From IMG/VR virus record IMGVR_UViG_3300030419_008063, positions 1 to 59,854 of that record: DNA of 59,854 nt; one strand, written 5' to 3'. Position 1 is the first letter of the stretch; the number at the start of each line of letters is the position of its first letter. Positions 38,541 to 46,867 of this stretch are shown piece by piece. The notes beneath the pieces were generated by a model. The model worked only from the letters and a program-made list of their open reading frames with translations, had not been told where the DNA came from and made no database searches. Origin of the DNA: a virus. Its lineage: Duplodnaviria > Caudoviricetes. The position numbers were made by a program, and so were the translations under genes.

Positions 38541-40165
38541 TGTGTGGAATTATAGGAACAACAAACAAGAGACTAAATCGCACATCTTTGAATCAGATTT
38601 CTCACAGAGGTCCCGATGAAAGAGGGCTACATTCTGATTCGGATATATGCCTAGGTCACACTAGATTATCTATTTTGGGGCTTGACTGCGGAACCCAGCC
38701 GTTGTCCGATGACGAAATTGTCCTTTCCTACAATGGTGAGATTTACAATTATATAGAACTGGCAAACTCTCTAGGTATAAGTTCTTCTTCTGATACAGAG
38801 GTGTTGGCAAAATATTATCAAGTTCATGGCTTGGAAAAGACATTGAGAGATATAAATGGTATGTTTTCCATTGCGATATATGATAGAAAAAAAGATATTA
38901 TATATCTGGTGAGAGATCGGATGGGGATAAAGCCTCTGTTTTATTCAACACATAAAAACGAAATAAGTTTCTGTTCAGAAATAAATCCACTTCGTGATCT
39001 GATTGGAGTTGAAGAGCTTACTATTAATAAAATGGCTGTAGCCCTGTTTTTCAATCTTTATTATATTCCATGGCCAAATACAATTTGGAATGAAATAAAA
39101 TCTGTTCCTCCCGGAAGTTATATTGAATATAATTTAAAAACAAAAAAACATAAAATTGTTCAATATTGGAACATTGAAAAAAGAGAAAGAAATGAATCTG
39201 ATTTTGAACAATTGGAAAATTTATTGTGCAACTCTGTCAAGTTGAGAATGAGAAGCGATGTTCCTTATGGCGCATATCTCTCCGGCGGAAATGATTCAAC
39301 GCTCGTTGTAAAATGTATGACGGAACACAAAGAGGAAAATAAAACTTTCACAGCCGTAATTCAAGACGAAGAATTGAACGAAAAAGAATATGCAGACCTT
39401 GCGGCAAAAAAATTCAAAACAAAACACACAGATATTGATGTAGAATATGGGGATATAAAAATATCCTTTCTTAGGGAATTGATAAAATATTTTGGACAAC
39501 CTTTCGCAGATTCTTCTATTGTTCCGACTTATTTGATATCAAAAGAAATAGCTAAAAACGTTACAGTTGCCATCGGCGGAGATGGTGCAGATGAAATATT
39601 TTGTGGGTATAATAAATATAATAATCTGACCGCAGATATCAAAAGCAGGTTTTATAGAAATGTTCTTAATAATTTTCTCAATTTAGAGTATAATAAAGAT
39701 ACTTATGGATACTTAAAATCTCTTCTTCCCTATGAAACAGAAGATGATTATGAGACTTTGCGACTTTTAGATATTAAGTTTTTTTTAGAAGGAGATATTC
39801 TGCAAAAAGTAGACAGAATGAGCATGGCTAGTTCTTTGGAAGTTCGGGTGCCATTTTTGGATCATAGAGTGGTTGAGTTTTCAAATCGCCTGAAACGAGA
39901 ACACATCTTTGGAGATGTCCGTAAGTACGCCGTCAAGCATGTCCTTTCAAAATATATGTCTCATGACTTCGTTCATCGTTCAAAGATAGGATTTATGTTG
40001 AACATAACGGAGTGGATTGAGCCTTTGCAGGAGTATGTAAACTTCTCACCTGTTTTAAAAAGCGGAATTTTCAAAGAAGGGTTCGATATCAAAAAGATTG
40101 ATAACAATTATTTAAAATTTGCTATCTTGATTTTTACACTATGGTACGAGGAGAATTATGCGTAA
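38540..40165 (+). CDS. asnB: asparagine synthase-like glutamine amidotransferase (WbpS-type sugar amidation likely)
   Basis: MCGI, HRGPD, NGEIYN, RDRMGIKPL, LSGGNDS, GDGADE, EVRVPFLD. Confidence 0.9.
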   Translation: MCGIIGTTNKRLNRTSLNQISHRGPDERGLHSDSDICLGHTRLSILGLDCGTQPLSDDEIVLSYNGEIYNYIELANSLGISSSSDTEVLAKYYQVHGLEKTLRDINGMFSIAIYDRKKDIIYLVRDRMGIKPLFYSTHKNEISFCSEINPLRDLIGVEELTINKMAVALFFNLYYIPWPNTIWNEIKSVPPGSYIEYNLKTKKHKIVQYWNIEKRERNESDFEQLENLLCNSVKLRMRSDVPYGAYLSGGNDSTLVVKCMTEHKEENKTFTAVIQDEELNEKEYADLAAKKFKTKHTDIDVEYGDIKISFLRELIKYFGQPFADSSIVPTYLISKEIAKNVTVAIGGDGADEIFCGYNKYNNLTADIKSRFYRNVLNNFLNLEYNKDTYGYLKSLLPYETEDDYETLRLLDIKFFLEGDILQKVDRMSMASSLEVRVPFLDHRVVEFSNRLKREHIFGDVRKYAVKHVLSKYMSHDFVHRSKIGFMLNITEWIEPLQEYVNFSPVLKSGIFKEGFDIKKIDNNYLKFAILIFTLWYEENYA

Positions 40166-40778
40166 TCCACAAGCTTCAATAATTGTTACAAATTATAATT
40201 ATGGAAAATATATTTCAAGATGTATTCGAAGTTGCCTAGCTCAGAAAAATATAAGGTGCGAAGTTATTGTAATAGATGATTGTAGTGTCGATAATTCTTT
40301 AGAAGTGCTTGAAACATTTAAAGACGATATAAGAATTATTAGAAACGAAAGAAATCTTGGCGTTGCAGGATCTTCTAACGTAGGGGTCAAAGCTGCTAAA
40401 GGCCAGTTTGTTGTTCGTGTAGATGCGGACGACTTTATACAACCGGATATGTGTTATTTTATGAAAACATATTTAGAATCTAATCACGATGCTTTTTGTG
40501 TCTCTTGTGATTACGCCATGGTCGACAATCAAGAAAATATGATTGAGAGAAAATATGCTGAAAAAGATAATATCTCTTGTGGTATAATGTATCGTAGAGA
40601 CTTGCTTCTAGAAGTTGGCGGATATAATCCAAAAATGCGCCATCGCGAAGAAGAGGAGTTACGAAAGAGATTAGGCGAAGATTATAAAATTCACCATTTG
40701 CGTATTCCGTTTTATCGCTATCGGATGCACAAGAGCAACAAAACAAAGCAGTCTGAATACAAGACGTGGCAAATTTAG
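40158..40778 (+). CDS. glycosyltransferase family 2
   Basis: TNYNYG, IDDCSVD, RVDADD. Confidence 0.9.
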   Translation: MRNPQASIIVTNYNYGKYISRCIRSCLAQKNIRCEVIVIDDCSVDNSLEVLETFKDDIRIIRNERNLGVAGSSNVGVKAAKGQFVVRVDADDFIQPDMCYFMKTYLESNHDAFCVSCDYAMVDNQENMIERKYAEKDNISCGIMYRRDLLLEVGGYNPKMRHREEEELRKRLGEDYKIHHLRIPFYRYRMHKSNKTKQSEYKTWQI

Positions 40779-40787
40779 GAGAATAAA

Positions 40788-41663
40788 ATGGCTAGATGCT
40801 TAGTCACTGGACATAAAGGTTATATTGGCTCTCATCTCTTTAGAACATTACGAGAACAGGGGCATGAAGTCCTAGGGATTGATCTGAAAGAAGAATATCC
40901 AAAAGATATTTTAGATTACCTAAGAGAAAAGGCAGATAAATCTGGTTTTCACCCACATTATGAAAACTTCAAACCAGAATATATATTTCACTTGGCTGCG
41001 ATACCTAGAGTGCCTTATAGCATAGAAAATCCTGTTGAAGTTATGGAAAATAACATAATGGCAAATTCTATAGTTCTAAATTTTGCTAGGAAAGTGGGAG
41101 CTAAGAGGGTAATATATTCAAGCTCATCTTCTGTAATGGGGAACGGAGACGGCCCGGAAAGTCCATATGCCGTTTCAAAATTGACACCAGAGTTAGAATG
41201 TAAAATGTATTCTAAGTTATATGGCTTGGACACCGTTTGTTTGAGATATTTTAATGTATATTCAAAAGATCAGACGGTTGACGGCCCATATGGAACCGCT
41301 GTTGCATCTTTTATGGATGCTATCAAAAAAGGAACTAACCCTTATATTACCGGTGACGGCGAACAGAGAAGAGATATGTTACATGTTAGTGATGCTGTTA
41401 GAGCCAATATATTTTGTATGGAATATGAAGGCAAGTTTGGAGGCCAGCATTTTGATACTGGTACCGGCCATAATATCTCTCTAAATGAAATAAAAAATAT
41501 AGTTTTAAGTAAGCATTCAGATGTTGAGTTTGATTATGTGCCGCCTAGGCCCGGAGATGTTATGTTGACTAAAGCCAACACTCTGCCTTTTAATAATTTG
41601 GGCTGGCATACCAAAGTATCTATACAATCTGGAATAAAAGAGTGTTTTAATTTTACCAAATAG
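40788..41663 (+). CDS. NAD-dependent epimerase/dehydratase
   Basis: TGHKGYIG, HLAA, SSSSS, PYAVSK, LRYFNVY, GDGEQRRD. Confidence 0.9.
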   Translation: MARCLVTGHKGYIGSHLFRTLREQGHEVLGIDLKEEYPKDILDYLREKADKSGFHPHYENFKPEYIFHLAAIPRVPYSIENPVEVMENNIMANSIVLNFARKVGAKRVIYSSSSSVMGNGDGPESPYAVSKLTPELECKMYSKLYGLDTVCLRYFNVYSKDQTVDGPYGTAVASFMDAIKKGTNPYITGDGEQRRDMLHVSDAVRANIFCMEYEGKFGGQHFDTGTGHNISLNEIKNIVLSKHSDVEFDYVPPRPGDVMLTKANTLPFNNLGWHTKVSIQSGIKECFNFTK

Positions 41664-41672
41664 GAGAAATAA

Positions 41673-42506
41673 ATGAAAGTAGGAATTGTTGGAAATGGCT
41701 TTGTTGGAAATGCATGTGCCTATGGTTTTAGTGAATATGTGCCGGTATATATCCACGACAAAGATCCGGCTAAAAGTGTAAACTCTTTCGAAGAAACAGT
41801 AAATGAATCTGATTTCATATTTGTTTCGGTCCCAACCCCAATGAATGAAGATGGCTCTATCAATCTGGACATTGTTTATAATGTTTTCGAGAGCATCAGT
41901 CAGGTCAACACTAGAAAAGACAATGTGGTTTTGCTAAAGTCGACAGTCATTCCCGGAACAACCGAAAGGTTGAGCAAGAATTTCCCCGACTTGAATATTG
42001 TTTTTAATCCAGAATTTTTGACAGAAAGAAAAGCCAAATTTGATTTTATTAATCAGGCGAGAATTATTTTAGGCGGAAAACCTGAGCATACAAAAAAAGT
42101 TGAAAAGCTATATAGGTTTAGATTCAACAATTGCAATCTAATCCATACCGACTCAAAGACAGCAGAGTTTATTAAATATTTTGGGAATATTTTCTTTGCC
42201 GTAAAGGTTTCTTTTGCGAATGAAATGAGAAGGATAAGTGATTTAGTTGGGGTAGACTGGAATGCAGCTTTGGCCGGTTTTGTCGCTGATGCTCGCGTTG
42301 CAGATTCTCACTTGAGAGTTCCCGGCCCGGATGGTAAAAAGGGCTTTGGAGGAAGCTGTTTCCCTAAAGATATAAATGCATTTATAACCTTTTGTGAAAG
42401 TTTGGGTGTCAATGCAAATGTTATAAAAGCTGCTTGGAAAACAAACTTGGAAGTTCGACCTGAAAAAGATTGGGAAGATCTGAAGGGTAGAGCAGTTACT
42501 AATTGA
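41673..42506 (+). CDS. UDP-glucose/GDP-mannose dehydrogenase family, lacking the C-terminal domain
   Basis: GNGFVG, VPTP, KSTVIPGTT, NPEFLTE, GFGGSCFPKD. Confidence 0.9.
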   Translation: MKVGIVGNGFVGNACAYGFSEYVPVYIHDKDPAKSVNSFEETVNESDFIFVSVPTPMNEDGSINLDIVYNVFESISQVNTRKDNVVLLKSTVIPGTTERLSKNFPDLNIVFNPEFLTERKAKFDFINQARIILGGKPEHTKKVEKLYRFRFNNCNLIHTDSKTAEFIKYFGNIFFAVKVSFANEMRRISDLVGVDWNAALAGFVADARVADSHLRVPGPDGKKGFGGSCFPKDINAFITFCESLGVNANVIKAAWKTNLEVRPEKDWEDLKGRAVTN

Positions 42507-42516
42507 GGAGAAAAAA

Positions 42517-42708
42517 ATGAGTTTAAAATTATCAGAACAAGCAATGGGGGCGATCATGATGGCTCTCCAAAAATCACTAATGGAACAATCAGATATAGTA
42601 CCAGTTTTGCAAAACATGGAATGGCATCCGGGATCAAACGGAAAACTATATGTGGAAAACCCCCCCATCGTAAAAACCGAGGCGCTCGAAGAAGACGAAG
42701 ATGCCTAG
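42517..42708 (+). CDS. hypothetical protein
   Basis: GAGGAG SD; 63 aa. Confidence 0.8.
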   Translation: MSLKLSEQAMGAIMMALQKSLMEQSDIVPVLQNMEWHPGSNGKLYVENPPIVKTEALEEDEDA

Positions 42709-42958
42709 GTATGAATATCATTGTAAAAATTGTAACAAAAACTCACTAATACGGCACGGCATAAAAGAAAAAGTAACAATATGCCCAGTTTGTCACAAAG
42801 AAGGCCAGCTAGAGCGTATCCCTTCTTTTTCTGGAAATTATAAAATCAAAGACAAGAAAACACAGGCAGGCTCCGTGGTGAAAAAGTACATAGAAAAAGC
42901 GAAAGAGCAGTTGAAAGAAGAAAAGAAAGATCTAAAGAATAGAAAATATGGTGAATAA
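42701..42958 (+). CDS. FmdB-family zinc-ribbon protein
   Basis: MPRYEYHCKNC...CPVC. Confidence 0.85.
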   Translation: MPRYEYHCKNCNKNSLIRHGIKEKVTICPVCHKEGQLERIPSFSGNYKIKDKKTQAGSVVKKYIEKAKEQLKEEKKDLKNRKYGE

Positions 42959-43287
42959 TGTTGTCTATAATTATAAATATTGTTTTATCAGTTGCGATCA
43001 TATTCTTGATCTACTATGTTGTATACCTCATAAGGACACTTCTTTTCCATTCAGAAAACCTTTCAGAGCTTAAAGACAATTTGAACCTGTTTAGAGAGCA
43101 CTTAGAGAGTATTTATGAGCTAGAAGTTTTTTATGGAGACGAGACTTTAGAATCTCTTCTACAGCATTCCAAAGAAATTTCTACATATATTGAGAAATAT
43201 AATGAAATTTATTCTCTAGCAGAAGAAGAAATCGGAGAAGAATTTGAGAATGAAGAAGAAGATCCGGAGGACGAGAGGGAAGAGTAG
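42958..43287 (+). CDS. single-pass membrane protein
   Basis: Hydrophobic N-terminus, FYGDETL, acidic tail. Confidence 0.75.
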   Translation: MLSIIINIVLSVAIIFLIYYVVYLIRTLLFHSENLSELKDNLNLFREHLESIYELEVFYGDETLESLLQHSKEISTYIEKYNEIYSLAEEEIGEEFENEEEDPEDEREE

Positions 43288-43954
43288 AAAGCTCTATTTT
43301 ACTCAAGAGCATGAAAATGCTATAGTAGAGTATGCCCTCTCAGATTCCGTTAGAAAAAGGACAGATTTGTATGTGAAGTGGATCCAGCCAGCTTTCAATG
43401 AGATGGTTGATAAGATCGTTTTTACTTACAAATTCACAAACTTACCTAACGTTGACTCTTTGAAAGAAGAGTGTAAAGTTTGGCTAACAACAATTTTGGA
43501 CAAATATGATCCAAACAAAGGTTCGAAAGCGTTTTCTTATTTCTCAGTTATAACAAAAAACTGGTTTATACACAAGGTAAAGAAAAACGCAGCCCGCACA
43601 AAAAGAGAAGTTCATTATGATGAACTGCCCGCCAATGTTACTCTAGAAGAACAACTTATAACACATAATGAATATCATGAAAAAAGAGAAAATCTTGAAT
43701 TTTGGACTTTGTTGATTGTTGAAGTAGATTCATGGTTCAAAATGGAACTCCGCCCCAACGAAAAGAAAGTAGTTGAGGCAATAAAGATTCTCATGAGCCA
43801 AACAGAGTCTATCGAAATTTTTAATAAAAAAGCTATTTATTTATATCTAAGGGAAATAACAGGCTTGAATACAAAGCAAGTTGTCAACAATTTGAATAAA
43901 ATACGAAAAAGATATAAATCTTTTAAGGAAAAATGGGATAACCATAAGTTATGA
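43250..43954 (+). CDS. phage sigma-like factor (gp55-like late sigma candidate)
   Basis: YFTQEHE; LDKYDPNKGSKAFSYFSVITKNWF resembles sigma70 region 2; C-terminal HTH-like LREITGL. Confidence 0.7.
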   Translation: MKKKIRRTRGKSRKLYFTQEHENAIVEYALSDSVRKRTDLYVKWIQPAFNEMVDKIVFTYKFTNLPNVDSLKEECKVWLTTILDKYDPNKGSKAFSYFSVITKNWFIHKVKKNAARTKREVHYDELPANVTLEEQLITHNEYHEKRENLEFWTLLIVEVDSWFKMELRPNEKKVVEAIKILMSQTESIEIFNKKAIYLYLREITGLNTKQVVNNLNKIRKRYKSFKEKWDNHKL

Positions 43955-44259
43955 AACAAATCGATCACTATGTGGAAAAAGCAATAAAAAATATTGAACA
44001 AGATCGTGCCACCACTCAAGTTTTGCTGACCGATGCCATGGCCTATCTTAAACAGCATGCCGAAAACCACAAAAGCACAGGCCCAGTTGTTGCAAAATAT
44101 TTAGAAACTTTACAGAGATCTAATGAGCAATTGGTAAAGATTGCACAACTGGTTTACAAAGTCCAGACTCGCGATATGGAAATGGACGGGTTTGATGAGG
44201 AAGATATTTTTGATCAAATAAAAAACAGCTCCGAAGAAGAAAAAGAGGAGCAATCATGA
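43951..44259 (+). CDS. hypothetical helical protein
   Basis: AKYLETLQRSNEQLVK; ATGA overlap with upstream gene. Confidence 0.8.
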   Translation: MKQIDHYVEKAIKNIEQDRATTQVLLTDAMAYLKQHAENHKSTGPVVAKYLETLQRSNEQLVKIAQLVYKVQTRDMEMDGFDEEDIFDQIKNSSEEEKEEQS

Positions 44260-44260
44260 G

Positions 44261-44401
44261 ATGAGAAAAATGTTGATTTCGTTGTTCACTTTTTTGTGGA
44301 TGGCGGGTTTTTTGAGTGTGTATTTTATGTTCTTCAGCGATGCTCACGGACGCAAGGCCAGTTTCAGGTCATGCAAAGACGAAAAAAAGGAGAGGGAATG
44401 A
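44261..44401 (+). CDS. 46-aa single-TM peptide
   Basis: MRKMLISLFTFLWMAGFLSVYFMFFSDAHGRKASFRSCKDEKKERE*; fills the gap exactly; GAGGAG upstream. Confidence 0.5.
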   Translation: MRKMLISLFTFLWMAGFLSVYFMFFSDAHGRKASFRSCKDEKKERE

Positions 44402-44402
44402 A

Positions 44403-45827
44403 ATGCCATGGCCCGGATATGAATGGGGGATATTAAACCCAGTTGAAAGACCTTCGCAACTAGGACAAAGCGTTCGTGGAGAATATGATTTTTATGAAAC
44501 AGATCCTATGAATCTAGCCCTTCAGGCTGGTCAAAAACTTCTAGAACCGGATGCTTTGAAAGATGTGGATATATGGAAAGCAATTGTTCTTCGTGAAGTT
44601 GATGCCAAAGAACATTCTGCTACGAAAGAAATTCAAAGAAGATTTAAAATCAAGCTTATGGAAGGTGATGCTTGCATACCTTTTGATGGTACAAAAGATT
44701 ATTCAAAATCTCCAAAATCTGTAAAACAAATAACGGCTGATCAACATTTCGCAGATATGCACATTACAGCAACCGCCGGCGCAGCTATTCCCTACCTTAA
44801 ACCCGGTGACCGATGTTTGATAAAATTCCAACACAAAGATAATTTTAAAATGGCAACAATTGTTGGCGTTCCGGATGCAAAGCAGTCTGAAATTCAACAG
44901 AGGGCGGCTACGGCTGGATTATTTGTGTCGTCCGAGCTTTCCAAAATCAGCCACATGAGAAAGTATCTTGTTACGCCAAATGAAATAAAAGGACAGTTAA
45001 AATATTTAGGGTCAGGACCAGCCATAGTAAGCGCAGTCTTGGACTACGAATCTTATAATTTTGAATCACAAACTACAAACCGAAACGGGCTTAACAACTT
45101 TTCAACATGGAATGCGAATGATGCCGGTGCCGGCGTTTCGTTCGGCTTCATCCAGTTTAATCAAAAGGTTGGCTCACTGCTTCTTTTGTTTCAGCAAATG
45201 TATCAAGATGATCCCGATACTTATAATCAGCATTTTGGAAAATACGCTGACAAGCTTAGAAACAGGAGATGGCTAAGGGGGACTGCGCTGAGAGATAACA
45301 CCTTGAACACGCCAGAATTAAAAACGTTGATAACGAGAACGGGACGTATAAAAACTTTTCGCGATTCTCAATACAAAGTAGCTAAAAGAGGTTATTTCGA
45401 CCCAGCAGTCAGATTGTGTAATGAATATAACTTGAAATCTGTCAATGCATATGCTATGTGCACTGGTATAGCTATTCAATTTGGTGTGACAGCCCGACGG
45501 GGATTGCAAAAATGGCTAGCCGAAACTAGAAAACAGGTAGGAGCTGACGTTCCAAAGGTCCCAGAGTATCAATTTTTAAAAGTTCTTGCAAATCTTGTTG
45601 ATAGAGCAAGATGGCAAATGGGAATGAAAAAAAGCCATGCTGCTAGAGCAAACCATTCACTAAAGAATTTTTTGTCCTTCCTCCAGAGTCCACCCGGAGG
45701 TCTTCACAGGTTTTATCGCCACAAGGGCGGCAAGATTGGAAAAGGTTGGAAGAACTGGGCCGCTGATCAAGTCGGGCTTAAACTTCAGGCCGGTAGGGCA
45801 ACTGATCAGTTTAAAGCGAAGAAATAA
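44403..45827 (+). CDS. baseplate hub-associated protein with C-terminal lysozyme-like domain
   Basis: OB-like N-terminal half (KAIVLR...LKPGD); NDAGAGVSFGFIQFN resembles VgrG3-C/lysozyme-like hydrolases; ATG 44403 has AGGAG upstream. Confidence 0.6.
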   Translation: MPWPGYEWGILNPVERPSQLGQSVRGEYDFYETDPMNLALQAGQKLLEPDALKDVDIWKAIVLREVDAKEHSATKEIQRRFKIKLMEGDACIPFDGTKDYSKSPKSVKQITADQHFADMHITATAGAAIPYLKPGDRCLIKFQHKDNFKMATIVGVPDAKQSEIQQRAATAGLFVSSELSKISHMRKYLVTPNEIKGQLKYLGSGPAIVSAVLDYESYNFESQTTNRNGLNNFSTWNANDAGAGVSFGFIQFNQKVGSLLLLFQQMYQDDPDTYNQHFGKYADKLRNRRWLRGTALRDNTLNTPELKTLITRTGRIKTFRDSQYKVAKRGYFDPAVRLCNEYNLKSVNAYAMCTGIAIQFGVTARRGLQKWLAETRKQVGADVPKVPEYQFLKVLANLVDRARWQMGMKKSHAARANHSLKNFLSFLQSPPGGLHRFYRHKGGKIGKGWKNWAADQVGLKLQAGRATDQFKAKK

Positions 45828-45845
45828 TACTAAAAGGTAATATGA

Positions 45846-46865
45846 ATGGCTACAACAAAAAAAGTTTATGATAAAGAAAAACTTAGCAAAGAGCAAAGAG
45901 AAGCTTTGTCCGGGGATGCCGGCCGCGGTATTGGGTGTACTTTCTTGTCAGAGCCGCTCCCAAACTTCAATCAAGCTGAGTGTGAACATGTTATAGAAGG
46001 CAGGAACAATACTTACATTGTATTGGGAAGAGATCGTCCCGGACCAAAAATTGTAAACTTGAAACCAGAAGAAGATGACAACCCTAATCTGATCACAGGC
46101 CCTTACGGACCCAAGGGATATCCAAAGTGTGGAACAATTGATATAGTCGCCGGCCGCCACAGCGTAGATCCAGCTCCTTTTAAGAAAGTGGGTACGGGAA
46201 CTTCGGCCAGAGAAATGACTTTGAAACATGAGCCGGATTTCTTTCGCGACGCTGCGAGAATTTATATAAGTCAAAAAACAGATGTTGATGAAAATTTTAA
46301 GATCGGAAATAAAAGATGGATAGGAAAAGATTACGATAGAAGCTCTCAAGGTCCCGGAGCCCCTCAGTCGGTTGGCAAATCTGCGATTGGGATGAAGGCG
46401 GATGCTATTCGAATTATAGGGAGAAGCGGAATAAAGCTAGTTACCGGCACTGATTCAAGAGATTCTTTAGGCCGTTTTATTTCAGTTGGAGGAATTGACC
46501 TGATAGCAGGCAATGATGATGAAGACATGCAGGCTCTGATCAAGGGAAAGAACATGCTAGATTGTATGTCAGAGCTTGTTAGTCAAATGGATACTTTGAG
46601 TGGTTTGGTTGCACAATTTTTGGAAGATCAGACAAAAATCAACAATGCGTTTGTACAGCATACTCACAAATCACCATTTTTCGGCCTGATAACGGCTCCG
46701 TCTGAAACAGCAGTGGTGGTCGGCAGAAGTGCTATAATTTCACAACTCAATAAAACAAAATTAGGATTAGTTATTTTCAAAAAAAGCTTGGCCAGTTTTA
46801 GAACTAATCACCTAACTCCCTTGGGACAAAAATATATTTGTAGTAAATATAATAGGACAAACTAG
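45846..46865 (+). CDS. baseplate spike/gp5 C-terminal-like protein
   Basis: IVLGRDRP, DAARIYISQKTD, MKADAIRIIGR, HTH metal-tip motif; position before the wedge genes. Confidence 0.6.
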   Translation: MATTKKVYDKEKLSKEQREALSGDAGRGIGCTFLSEPLPNFNQAECEHVIEGRNNTYIVLGRDRPGPKIVNLKPEEDDNPNLITGPYGPKGYPKCGTIDIVAGRHSVDPAPFKKVGTGTSAREMTLKHEPDFFRDAARIYISQKTDVDENFKIGNKRWIGKDYDRSSQGPGAPQSVGKSAIGMKADAIRIIGRSGIKLVTGTDSRDSLGRFISVGGIDLIAGNDDEDMQALIKGKNMLDCMSELVSQMDTLSGLVAQFLEDQTKINNAFVQHTHKSPFFGLITAPSETAVVVGRSAIISQLNKTKLGLVIFKKSLASFRTNHLTPLGQKYICSKYNRTN

Positions 46866-46867
46866 CA

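Noticed and set aside
19021-42506. Bacterial O-antigen locus or chimeric contig
   Set aside because: Composition and gene packing are continuous with the phage genes on both sides, and membrane assembly genes are missing; a read-level check is still advisable
44316-44402. GTG-start N-terminal extension of the hub gene
   Set aside because: ATG 44403 has an SD and the upstream stretch is better explained by the 46-aa ORF
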